A stretch of DNA of 64,000 nucleotides. Source: an uncultured Pseudomonadota bacterium (GTDB lineage: Bacteria > Myxococcota_A > UBA796 > SXON01). This document shows, in pieces, positions 16,404 through 26,671 of this stretch. The DNA lies in assembly GCA_903885375.1 (NCBI GenBank), contig CAISIK010000054.1, forward strand, positions 72,789 through 136,788, read 5' to 3'. Position 1 is the stretch's first letter. The number at the start of each line of letters is the position of its first letter. Both the position numbers and the translations under genes were made by a program. The notes below the pieces were generated by a model that worked only from the letters and a program-made list of their open reading frames with translations, had not been told where the DNA came from and searched no databases.

Positions 16404-17416
16404 CACGTGCCGGCCAGCTGCCAGATGGCGGTGACGAGCGTGGATGTGGGCGGCCAGTTCCAATCCTGCCCGAACACGGCGAGATCGGTCTTCTTGCCGT
16501 CGCCATCCTTGTCGATCTTGCTCGACGTTTGCGAGGCGATCGCCTCGAGCTGCTCCTGCGGCTTCTGGTCCACATCCCAGAATTCATAGGCGTTGACGCC
16601 GAGGAACTTCGCGCCCACCGCGGTGAGGCCGCCGACGGCGGCACTCTTGTCGGCGCCGGCCGGACAGGTGCCGCTGGGCATCGCGTCGCCGTACTTGGCC
16701 TCGCGGAGGCCGTTCTCCGTGACGAGCACCACCACCCGCTTGCTGCCCTTGCGGAAGGCCATGCCGCCTTCGCTGCCGGTGCCGGGCACGCCGCTGCTGT
16801 AGGTGCTGCCCGCCTTGCCGCCGAAGGCGTCGCTCTTGCTGTCCTGGAAGGGCTGGATGTCGCTCTCCGCGTCGACCTTGCCGTCGCAGTCCTGATCGTA
16901 GCCCTTGCCTTCCGTGGCCTGCAGGAGCGCCTCGTAGCCGGTACCGGGGGCATCGCCGCCCCACTCGAGGCTCAGGTCACCCGCGGCGGCGAGCAGCCGG
17001 CCACGGTCGGTGGTGATCTGCGTGCCCAGCGTGTAGGGAACGCCGCCCCAGGCGGTGTACCACTCCCCATCCACCATGTAGTCGTCGAACGACGCGATCC
17101 CGATCGCCACGTCGGCGCCCGAGTCGAGCAGGGCCTCCACCAGCGCGGCCGCTTCGGTGGCGAGCTCGGCGTGGTAGCAGTCGTAGATGTAGGCCACGTC
17201 GATGAGGAGCACCACGTCGACCTTTCCCTCGGGGACCGGCTCGGCGGGCAGCCCCGTGTCGCGCCCGCCGGTTTCTGCGGAGTCCACGACGGCGCCGCTG
17301 TCGGATTCGGGCGCGAAGCTGTCGCCCCGACCGCCCGGGTTCCCCGCGGGCTTCGCGCCCTGCGAGAGGTCGTAGTCCGAACATCCGACGAGGAGCAGGA
17401 GCGGGATCGTACGCAT
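16403..17416 (-). CDS. Lipoprotein, tentatively vWA-like fold without a clear MIDAS motif
   Basis: Lipobox LLLLVGCS. KVDVVLLIDVAYIYD...VAIGIASFDDY and RVVVLVTENG resemble vWA beta-strands, but DxSxS is absent. Confidence 0.55.
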   Translation of the reverse strand: MRTIPLLLLVGCSDYDLSQGAKPAGNPGGRGDSFAPESDSGAVVDSAETGGRDTGLPAEPVPEGKVDVVLLIDVAYIYDCYHAELATEAAALVEALLDSGADVAIGIASFDDYMVDGEWYTAWGGVPYTLGTQITTDRGRLLAAAGDLSLEWGGDAPGTGYEALLQATEGKGYDQDCDGKVDAESDIQPFQDSKSDAFGGKAGSTYSSGVPGTGSEGGMAFRKGSKRVVVLVTENGLREAKYGDAMPSGTCPAGADKSAAVGGLTAVGAKFLGVNAYEFWDVDQKPQEQLEAIASQTSSKIDKDGDGKKTDLAVFGQDWNWPPTSTLVTAIWQLAGT

Positions 17417-17455
17417 GGCCGTGCGCTAACCGACACGTGCCGATATCGCAGGGAG

Positions 17456-17845
17456 ATGCTGAAGCGTGCGAGCCTCGTGGTGCTGTTGTGGGCCTGCTCG
17501 CCCGCGCCCTCCCCTCCCCGGCCGGCCGGCGACCCGCTCGAGGCCCGCCGCGCCGCGCTCAGCGCCGAGCTCCGGGAGCTGGTGACGGAGCTGGAGGCCG
17601 CCGGCCGGTACGACTGCTGCATCGAGACGCCGTGCAAGCTGTGCGCCACCCGCGCCGGAGGGTGCCGATGCGGCGAAGGAGCGCGCGCCGGCGAGCCGGT
17701 GTGCGAGGAGTGCGCGCTGATGTGGGCGCGCGGCAAGGGTGCCGAGCCAGTGGAGCCCGGCTCGATCCGAAGCTTCCTCGAGGCCGAACGTCGCGCCACG
17801 GGCGCCTACGGCGACATCTGCGGCGAACGCAAGCCCCCGCGCTGA
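17456..17845 (+). CDS. Small Cys-rich lipoprotein (9 Cys in the mature part)
   Basis: These are the last 129 codons of track ORF 16529..17845, which is otherwise antisense. Lipobox VVLLWACS; cluster CCIETPCKLCATRAGGCRCGE...PVCEEC. Confidence 0.6.
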   Translation: MLKRASLVVLLWACSPAPSPPRPAGDPLEARRAALSAELRELVTELEAAGRYDCCIETPCKLCATRAGGCRCGEGARAGEPVCEECALMWARGKGAEPVEPGSIRSFLEAERRATGAYGDICGERKPPR

Positions 17846-17864
17846 ACGGCGGTCGGGGCCGGCT

Positions 17865-19223
17865 TCAGCCGCGGACGACCGAGTCGAACGTGTTCCCGCG
17901 GGCCTTGCGCCAGTTCGCGCGCAGGTCGTAGATGTTGTGCGCCGCCGACTGGATGCCCGCCACCGCGTGCTGCAGGTAGCCCGGGTTCCAGAACTGGCCT
18001 TCGACCAGCTCGTGGTCGGGGTCGACGAGCCCGGTCTCTTTCGCGAGCTCGTGCAGGCGGGTGTGGGGGTAGATGCGTATGGGCTGCATCATCAGCAGCG
18101 TGAAGAGGCGGAGCTGCCCGCCGAGCTCCCAGCGGGCGTGGGCGAGGAACTTCACGATCGCCGCGAGGCTGCGCCAGTCCTCACCCGGGCTGTTCAGGAA
18201 GAAGCTGTACTCCACGTCCATGCCGTGCTTCTTCGCCACGGCCACGGTGTAGAGCATGTCCTCGTAGCGGAAGTTCTTGTCCAGGTTCCGGAGCATCCGG
18301 TCGTCGACATGGTCGGGGCTGAACGACAACAGCCCGCAACCTGCGCGCTTGAGCGCCACCATCAGGTTGTCGGGCAGCGTGTTCCGGTGCTCGTTGAACC
18401 ACGCCGACCACTTCACATCCAGCTTGCGACGGGTGATCTCCTCGCAGATCGCGATGGCGTGGGCCACCGGGATGTTGAAGATCTGGTCGCACATGAACAT
18501 CTGGTGCACGCCGTGCTCCTTCACGAGGAGCTCCATCTCGTCCACCACCTCGCGGGGCGGGCGCATGCGAACCCGATGCCCCAGCAGGAAGGTGTCGGAG
18601 CAGTGGATGCAGTGCAGCGAGCACCCGCGCTTGGCCTGCACGCCCACGGACACAAAGGAGGAGGCCATGTAGGGTGCGTGCGGCACGAGGTCGCGCGCGG
18701 GCTGCAGGTTGTCCTTCCAGTCCACGCCGCCGGGCTGCCCGGTGTACACGAGCTCATCGCCGCGGCGGAAGTACATCCCGGCGATCTTCTCGGGGTGATC
18801 GATGTCCTCGAGCAGATCGCGGAAGCGGAGCTCAGCCTCGCCCCACACGCCGATGTCGATCTCGGGGAGGCGCCGCATCATCACTTCGCTGTACAGCGAA
18901 AAGGCCGTGCCCCCGGCCACGATGCGGGCGGCGGGCGCGACGCGCTTCACGAGCTGGATGGCCTTCTGCTGGGGCTCGAAGTCGTCGGTGTGGAGGTTCG
19001 GCATGCCGACCTTCATGTTCCGCAACGAAAAGCCCACGACGTCGGGGGCGAACGCCCGCACGCAGGCCTCGAGCGCCGCGTAGGGATCCGCCCGGTGCAG
19101 GTTGACGTCGAACAGCTCGACAGCGTGGCGATCGCGGATGTGCGAGGCGAGGTACGCGAGGCCCAGCGGGTAGACGAGCTCCATGTCGAGCGCGGTAAAG
19201 GCCTGGACGAGCAGCACACGCAT
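17865..19223 (-). CDS. B12-binding-domain radical SAM protein
   Basis: N-terminal cobalamin-binding-like domain (MRVLLVQAF...GLAYLASH...VVGFS) and radical SAM CxxxCxxC (CSLHCIHC). I prefer ATG at 19223 over the track's GTG at 19241. Confidence 0.85.
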   Translation of the reverse strand: MRVLLVQAFTALDMELVYPLGLAYLASHIRDRHAVELFDVNLHRADPYAALEACVRAFAPDVVGFSLRNMKVGMPNLHTDDFEPQQKAIQLVKRVAPAARIVAGGTAFSLYSEVMMRRLPEIDIGVWGEAELRFRDLLEDIDHPEKIAGMYFRRGDELVYTGQPGGVDWKDNLQPARDLVPHAPYMASSFVSVGVQAKRGCSLHCIHCSDTFLLGHRVRMRPPREVVDEMELLVKEHGVHQMFMCDQIFNIPVAHAIAICEEITRRKLDVKWSAWFNEHRNTLPDNLMVALKRAGCGLLSFSPDHVDDRMLRNLDKNFRYEDMLYTVAVAKKHGMDVEYSFFLNSPGEDWRSLAAIVKFLAHARWELGGQLRLFTLLMMQPIRIYPHTRLHELAKETGLVDPDHELVEGQFWNPGYLQHAVAGIQSAAHNIYDLRANWRKARGNTFDSVVRG

Positions 19224-19294
19224 GGGTGCACCATAGCCCACGGCGGAGACGCCGGGTGTCGGCCGCGCTACAACGCACCAAAGGAACCCACCGC

Positions 19295-20302
19295 ATGCTG
19301 TTGTCCCTCCTGCTGACCCTCCAGGCTGTCGCAGCCGAGCCCGCCGCTGACGACCCCGTGGTGGCCCGGGTGCAGGGCTTCGAGATTCACGCCAGCGAAT
19401 TTGCGGCCGCCGCGAAGAAGGTGAAGCCGGCCGACGGCAAGACCCTCACCGCCGACGAACGTCACGCCGTGCTGGACGGCCTCGTGGACGAGAAGCTCAT
19501 CTGGCTCGAGGCGCGCAAGAACGACACCGCGCTCGCCAACCCGGCGGTGCAGAAGGCGCTCGTGAAGGCCTACCTGTCGGATGTGACGGCCGCGTCCGTG
19601 CGCGAGCCGACCGAACAGGAGCTGCGCGCGTTCTACGACGCGAACCCCAACCTCTACACCACGCCCGCAGCCGTGCGCGGCAGCCGGATCCTCGTGCGCG
19701 TGAGCGCCAAGGTGACGGCCGCGCAGGCGAAGGCGAAGGCAGAAACGCTCCTCGCCGCCGTGAAGGCCGCCCCCAAGCGCACCTTCGCGGCCACGGCGAA
19801 GAAGTCCTCGGGCGACGAGAACCGCGCCGATGGCGGCGACATGGGGCTCGTCACCAAGACCGACAAGAAGGTCGACGCCACCGTCCGAAAGATGCTCTTC
19901 ACCACCAAGGTGGGGACCGTGAGCAAGGTCTTCACCACGCGGGAGGGGGCGAACATCGTGTGGGTGTCGGGCAAGCGGGCCGCCACGCAGAAGACCTTCG
20001 AGCAGGCCCACGCCGACGTGCTGAAGCGCTGGAAGGCAGCGAAGCTCGTCGAGGCCCGGGCGGAGAAGGTCGCCAAGCTGGAGAAGGCCTCGAAGGTGAA
20101 GATCGAGGAGACGGCGCTCGCCGCCGTGCCGCTCCCGGTGGCAAAGGGCGCCGCCAAGGCGAAGGCCAAGGCCGCGCCCGCGAAGGCGGCCGCGCCCGCC
20201 GCTGGAGCCGCAGCCGCCGCACCCGCCGACGACGCCGATGAGCCCGAGGAGGTCGAGGACGACGAGGACGAGAGCGACGACGACGGCGGCGGCGACGACT
20301 AG
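19295..20302 (+). CDS. SurA/PpiD-like parvulin-type peptidyl-prolyl isomerase with an Ala/Lys-rich and acidic tail
   Basis: Track ORF trimmed to Met-24 (signal peptide MLLSLLLTLQAVAA). Rotamase-like core RGSRILVRV...GGDMGLVTK...VSKVFTTREGANIVWV. Tail is DDADEPEEVEDDEDESDDDGGGDD. Confidence 0.7.
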   Translation: MLLSLLLTLQAVAAEPAADDPVVARVQGFEIHASEFAAAAKKVKPADGKTLTADERHAVLDGLVDEKLIWLEARKNDTALANPAVQKALVKAYLSDVTAASVREPTEQELRAFYDANPNLYTTPAAVRGSRILVRVSAKVTAAQAKAKAETLLAAVKAAPKRTFAATAKKSSGDENRADGGDMGLVTKTDKKVDATVRKMLFTTKVGTVSKVFTTREGANIVWVSGKRAATQKTFEQAHADVLKRWKAAKLVEARAEKVAKLEKASKVKIEETALAAVPLPVAKGAAKAKAKAAPAKAAAPAAGAAAAAPADDADEPEEVEDDEDESDDDGGGDD

Positions 20303-20304
20303 CC

Positions 20305-21201
20305 GTGCGGGAGTTCCTCGAAGAGCCGCTCTCCCGTCACGGGTACTGGCGGGTTGGCGGACCGTTGGAGCGGCTGGTGCTGGTGGAGAGCACCGCCGAG
20401 CTGCGCGCGCTCGGCCGGGTGGACCACGTGCTCGGCAACGGCTCGAACCTGCTCGTTCCCGACGAGGGCCTCCGGGGAACGACCGTTCGCCTCGCCGGCG
20501 AGCTTCGCGGGCTTGATCTCGAGGAGCACGCGGACGGCGCCGTTACCGCCACGGTGGGCGCTGGCCTTCTGAACGCGGTGCTGCTCGCACGGCTGGACAG
20601 GCTCGGCGTGGGTGGCCTCGGCTGCCTCGCGGGCGTACCCGGCACGGTGGGGGGCGCAGTAGCGATGAACGCGGGCACCGCGCTCGGCGAGGTGTCTGAG
20701 CGGCTCCTGGCGGTCACCGGCCTCGACGGAACGCGCCTGGGCCGTGCAGAGCTGGCCATGGAGTACCGCCACGGCGGCCTGCCCGAGGGGTTCATCGTCG
20801 TGGGCGCCGCGTTCGCGCTGAGCCGGAACGGCGTGCGCGAGGAGCAGGCGCGGGTGGCCCTCCACCTCGCGCGCCGGAAGGCGACGCAGCCGCTCGACCT
20901 CCCGAGCTGCGGGAGCGTGTTCCGAAACCCGGCGGGCGACCACGCCGGCCGGCTCATCGAAGCCGCCGGCCTGAAGGGCTGGTCGAGCGGGGCCGCCAGC
21001 ATCAGCGAGCGGCACGCCAACTTCATCGTGAACCGCGGCGGGGCCACCGCCGGCGACGTGATGCGGTGCATCCGCACGGCATGGGAGCAGGTGTTGGCCA
21101 CGAGCGGCGTTCGGCTCATTCCGGAGGTGCATGTTCTCGGGCGCTGGGACCCGCAGCTCTGGCCCCTTCCCGGCGTGGGCAACGCCGGAACTTTGGGTTA
21201 G
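20305..21201 (+). CDS. murB: UDP-N-acetylenolpyruvoylglucosamine reductase
   Basis: GTG start. Motifs GNGSNLLV, AGVPGTVGGAVAMNAG and PSCGSVFRNP, plus a C-terminal MurB domain. Confidence 0.9.
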   Translation: MREFLEEPLSRHGYWRVGGPLERLVLVESTAELRALGRVDHVLGNGSNLLVPDEGLRGTTVRLAGELRGLDLEEHADGAVTATVGAGLLNAVLLARLDRLGVGGLGCLAGVPGTVGGAVAMNAGTALGEVSERLLAVTGLDGTRLGRAELAMEYRHGGLPEGFIVVGAAFALSRNGVREEQARVALHLARRKATQPLDLPSCGSVFRNPAGDHAGRLIEAAGLKGWSSGAASISERHANFIVNRGGATAGDVMRCIRTAWEQVLATSGVRLIPEVHVLGRWDPQLWPLPGVGNAGTLG

Positions 21202-21224
21202 CCGGCCGTACTCTCGGACGACCC

Positions 21225-22073
21225 ATGACCTCCACGCAGGCCGAAATCGACGTCAGCTACAGCGTCTCCAACGACTTTTTCAAGCTGTGGCTCGACAAGA
21301 ACATGCACTACACCTCGGCGGTGTACCAATCGGCCGATCAGTCGCTCGAGGATGCGCAGGAGAACAAGGCGCGCGTCCTGTACGACTTCGCCGAGCTCGG
21401 CCCGGACAAGACGGTGCTCGACATCGGCTGCGGCTGGGGCTCGATGCTCGACTACTGCGTGCGTCGCGGCATCAAGCGCGCCGAAGGCGTCACCCTCTCC
21501 ACGGCCCAGGCCGAATGGTGCCACGCCCGCAAGCTCGAGAAGTCCCAGATCCACATCTGCGACTACCGGGACTGGAAGCCCGCCGAGCCCTACGATGGCC
21601 TCGTGTCCATCGAGATGATCGACCACCTCTGCTCGCCGGCGCAGGCCCGTGAAGGAAAGGCGGTCGACATCTACCGCGCCTACTTCAACAAGCTCGCGGA
21701 ATGGGTCAAGCCGGGCGCCCACTTCGGCTTCCAAGCCATCCTCACCAACCGCGTTCCGCGCAACCGTCGCGACCTGCAGGACCTGCAGTTCACCGCCGAC
21801 GTCATCTTCCCCGGCGGCCGCAACCCCCGGGTGGAGGAGCTCGTGGCGGCCGTGAACCCCAACTGGGAAATCCGCGAGCTGCACATGCGCCGCGAAGACT
21901 ACGGCCGCACGACCGCCGAGTGGCTGCGCCGCATGCGCCAGAATGAAGCCTACATCCGCCAGACCTGGGGCGATGCGCTCTTCGACGACTACGATCGTTA
22001 CCTCGACACCTGCGTGCGCGGCTTCGCCGCCCACTACGTGGGCGACGTGCAGATGAAGCTCCGCCGCATCTGA
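21225..22073 (+). CDS. Cyclopropane-fatty-acyl-phospholipid synthase-family SAM methyltransferase
   Basis: Track ORF trimmed to Met-54. YSVSNDFFKLWLDKNMHYTSAVY (CMAS N-terminal signature), SAM motif VLDIGCGWG, and IEMIDH. Confidence 0.8.
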   Translation: MTSTQAEIDVSYSVSNDFFKLWLDKNMHYTSAVYQSADQSLEDAQENKARVLYDFAELGPDKTVLDIGCGWGSMLDYCVRRGIKRAEGVTLSTAQAEWCHARKLEKSQIHICDYRDWKPAEPYDGLVSIEMIDHLCSPAQAREGKAVDIYRAYFNKLAEWVKPGAHFGFQAILTNRVPRNRRDLQDLQFTADVIFPGGRNPRVEELVAAVNPNWEIRELHMRREDYGRTTAEWLRRMRQNEAYIRQTWGDALFDDYDRYLDTCVRGFAAHYVGDVQMKLRRI

Positions 22074-22100
22074 GCGGCGCTCCAGCCGCGAAGCCGTGCC

Positions 22101-22535
22101 TCAGTCGGAGTAGCGGAAGTGGTACGGGGTGGTCGGCGCCGTAGCCGGCATGACCGCCTCGTTCTGGGCCACGTCGACCGCCAGCAGGTAGTACCACATG
22201 CCGCTCGAGTGCTGCTCGGCGGCCTTGATGGTGGCCTTGAAGTCGTCCGTCTCGCCCTGACGCACGAACCCGATGGTTTCCCAGTCGGTAGATGCGTCGG
22301 TCTCGTTCCGGTAGTACAGCGTGCCCACGAAGAGGCCGGAGCCGCCCTCGTTGTCCGCGATGGTGGCCTCGAGCACCACGTCTTCACCCGTGGGCTGCGC
22401 ATCCTCCACGGGCTCGAACGTGATGATGGGCGCTACCTCATCCCCACTGTTGAAGCCCGTATCGGTGCCATCACCGAGGCCATCCGAAGAGGAGGGCGGC
22501 GCTTCCGAACATGCGACCATCAGCACCAGAACCAT
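22101..22535 (-). CDS. Small acidic lipoprotein, unknown function
   Basis: Lipobox LVLMVACS. 144 aa with coding-like composition. It lies 64 nt downstream of the exbD pair on the same strand. Confidence 0.55.
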   Translation of the reverse strand: MVLVLMVACSEAPPSSSDGLGDGTDTGFNSGDEVAPIITFEPVEDAQPTGEDVVLEATIADNEGGSGLFVGTLYYRNETDASTDWETIGFVRQGETDDFKATIKAAEQHSSGMWYYLLAVDVAQNEAVMPATAPTTPYHFRYSD

Positions 22536-22599
22536 TACAACCTCCGCACCGACGAGGCGCCCACTGTAGCCCGCACGCCGCGCGACCGCGACGACTAGC

Positions 22600-23157
22600 T
22601 CAGTTCTTGCCCCCCGCCTGCAGGATCAGACGGTAGGTGGTGTACTTTTCGTTGCCCGCCTGGAACAGGGCCCCGCTGAGCGTTTCGTAGGGGACCTCGC
22701 CATCGGCGATCACCATGACATCGCCCGTGAACTTCGCGCCGCCGCGATCCCCGAGGGCGATGATGGTGTCGCGACGATCGGCCAGCGCCTTCGCTACGAC
22801 GGCCCACTGCGCGGGGGTGACCGACTTGCCACGTTCGATCGTGACGACCAGCTTGTTGTCGAGCAGGATGGACGTCTTGGAGATGGTGAGCGCCACGCCG
22901 GGAACCATCTCCGCCTCGGAGGTGCTCTTCGGCGGCGTGAGGTCTTCGCTCAGGGTGATGTTCTGGGGCGCAGCTTCATACTGCTTGATCATGAACACCA
23001 GAATGATGGTGAAGATGTCCATCATCGCGGTGAGGTTCAGGCCCTCGTTGGCGCCGGCCACCTTGTGCTTGCGGCGGCGCATGAGGAGCATGTCATCGTC
23101 AGAGCTCCCCTGCCCTTCGGACGTTTCAGCGGGATTGGTCTCGGACGTGCTCATCAC
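22600..23157 (-). CDS. ExbD/TolR-family biopolymer transport protein
   Basis: GLNLTAMMDIFTIILVFMI TM helix with the conserved Asp, and a periplasmic ExbD fold. GTG at 23157 or ATG at 23154; both overlap the upstream stop. Confidence 0.85.
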   Translation of the reverse strand: MMSTSETNPAETSEGQGSSDDDMLLMRRRKHKVAGANEGLNLTAMMDIFTIILVFMIKQYEAAPQNITLSEDLTPPKSTSEAEMVPGVALTISKTSILLDNKLVVTIERGKSVTPAQWAVVAKALADRRDTIIALGDRGGAKFTGDVMVIADGEVPYETLSGALFQAGNEKYTTYRLILQAGGKN

Positions 23158-23612
23158 TTCGAAACCGTGACGCTGAGGGTGATGTTCGGAAACAGGCTGC
23201 CCGCCTTGTCGTTGCGCGCCGCATCCATCACCCGAACCACGTCCTTGTAGGGGACCTGGTTGTCGGCCGTGACCACGAGGCTCTCGGCCATGTCGGGCAT
23301 CGCCGTCTTCAGGGCGCGGAGCTGCGCGGCGAGGCCGGCGTAGTCGTCCTTCCCGAGCGTCTGCTCCATGCCCTGGGCCTTGCCGCCGCCCACCACCTGG
23401 ATGGCGTTGTTGGTGATGGCAACCGTAAGGTAGGGCTTCTGCTCACCCGACGAACCGCCACCGCCCGGGCCGTAGCTGGGCGCCATGATCGGCGCCTCCT
23501 TCAGCTGCACCAGGTACGCAGTGACCACGACCATGAACATGATCAGGTTCACCATGATGTCGAGGTACGGAACGAGGTTCAGCTCTTCGGTACCACCGCC
23601 CCCACCTGCCAT
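23154..23612 (-). CDS. ExbD/TolR-family biopolymer transport protein
   Basis: ELNLVPYLDIMVNLIMFMVV TM helix with the conserved Asp; ...VVTADNQVPYKDVVRVMDAA. Confidence 0.85.
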   Translation of the reverse strand: MAGGGGGTEELNLVPYLDIMVNLIMFMVVVTAYLVQLKEAPIMAPSYGPGGGGSSGEQKPYLTVAITNNAIQVVGGGKAQGMEQTLGKDDYAGLAAQLRALKTAMPDMAESLVVTADNQVPYKDVVRVMDAARNDKAGSLFPNITLSVTVSK

Positions 23613-23615
23613 GGG

Positions 23616-24278
23616 TCAGCCCTTCTTCGCCTCGCCCTCGGCGGGGCGGTAGCCCTTGCGCCACTGGGCGTGGACGTTGATGAAGTGGAACAGCGCGTGC
23701 TCGGTCTTCTCCACGATCTTCACCGACTGATTGTTGATGATCAGGTGGAAGAAGATGCAGGTCACGGCGATGCCCAGACCGAAGGCGGTGTTGTTCATCG
23801 CCTCCGAGATACCGCGCGCCAGGGCGGCGGCCTTCTGGTCGGCGGCCACGGCGCCTACCGCGGAGAACGCCTTGATGAGGCCGAGCACGGTACCCACCAG
23901 CCCGATGAGGGTGGCGATGTTCGCGATGGACCACAGCCAAGCCACGCGAGCGGTCACGAGGGGCCGCACCTCCATGAGGCTCTCTTCGACGGCGAGGAGC
24001 GGGCTCTCGGCTCCGTTACGAAGGAGCTTGAGGAGGTTCCGCGTGCCGCGCGACATCGCCGGCGTCGGAGTGTTCGCACAGACCTTGGCGGCGGCCTCGA
24101 TGTTGCCGGCCTGCAGGTACCGATCGACCGCCGCGAGGAACGGCTTTTCGTTGATGCCGAAGCTCACGAACATCGCGTACAGCCGCTCCACGATCACCGC
24201 GAGCGCGAAGGCCAAGAAGAAGACGTTGACCATCATGAATGGTCCGCCTTCCTGGAAGAAATGGATCAACCCGTCCAT
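23616..24278 (-). CDS. MotA/TolQ/ExbB proton-channel protein
   Basis: Track ORF trimmed to Met-40. SIANIATLIGLVGTVLGLIKAF...GISEAMNNTAFGLGIAV is the MotA_ExbB signature. Confidence 0.85.
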   Translation of the reverse strand: MDGLIHFFQEGGPFMMVNVFFLAFALAVIVERLYAMFVSFGINEKPFLAAVDRYLQAGNIEAAAKVCANTPTPAMSRGTRNLLKLLRNGAESPLLAVEESLMEVRPLVTARVAWLWSIANIATLIGLVGTVLGLIKAFSAVGAVAADQKAAALARGISEAMNNTAFGLGIAVTCIFFHLIINNQSVKIVEKTEHALFHFINVHAQWRKGYRPAEGEAKKG

Positions 24279-24420
24279 GCACTCTCCTCCACTCGGGAGT
24301 CGATTCAAACCAGCTGGTGTTTCAGAAGCGCGCAACCTCGAGGGTCGAGGAGCGCCCGGGAACTTACCACGTCGTCGATGGCGACGCGCAACCATTGGGC
24401 AACAGAGTTGAGCATGTTGG

Positions 24421-24443
24421 CCGGGTGAGCAGAACTCGCCCGG
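24421..24443 (-). terminator. Candidate stem-loop about 50 nt downstream of the hppA stop (no U-tract)
   Basis: ccgggtgag/cagaa/ctcgcccgg forms a 9-bp stem (one G-U pair) with a 5-nt loop. Function is not demonstrated. Confidence 0.3.
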
Positions 24444-24491
24444 TGCATCCCCCGCTATCTGCGTCCGTCAAGGACTCGTTAGCCGCCGAAC

Positions 24492-26585
<2,094 letters not shown>

Positions 26586-26671
26586 GGGGCTACAATCCGG
26601 TGTGCGACCCGGGCTCTGGGGCGGCCCGGAAGTCGGGCGCCCATTTGTCACGTTCGATGCAGGCGCGCAAG

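Noticed and set aside
15667-16953. 428-aa minus-strand ORF overlapping the TlpA-like and vWA-like genes.
   Set aside because: It is an alternate frame of two genes that have lipoboxes, a WCPHC site and an ATGA junction. Its product is Arg/Ala/Pro-rich low complexity.
24336-24350. Short hairpin cctcga-ggg-tcgagg in the hppA/exbB spacer.
   Set aside because: It is a 6-bp stem with a 3-nt loop, too weak and unspecific to call. The longer stem at 24421-24443 is listed instead, at low confidence.
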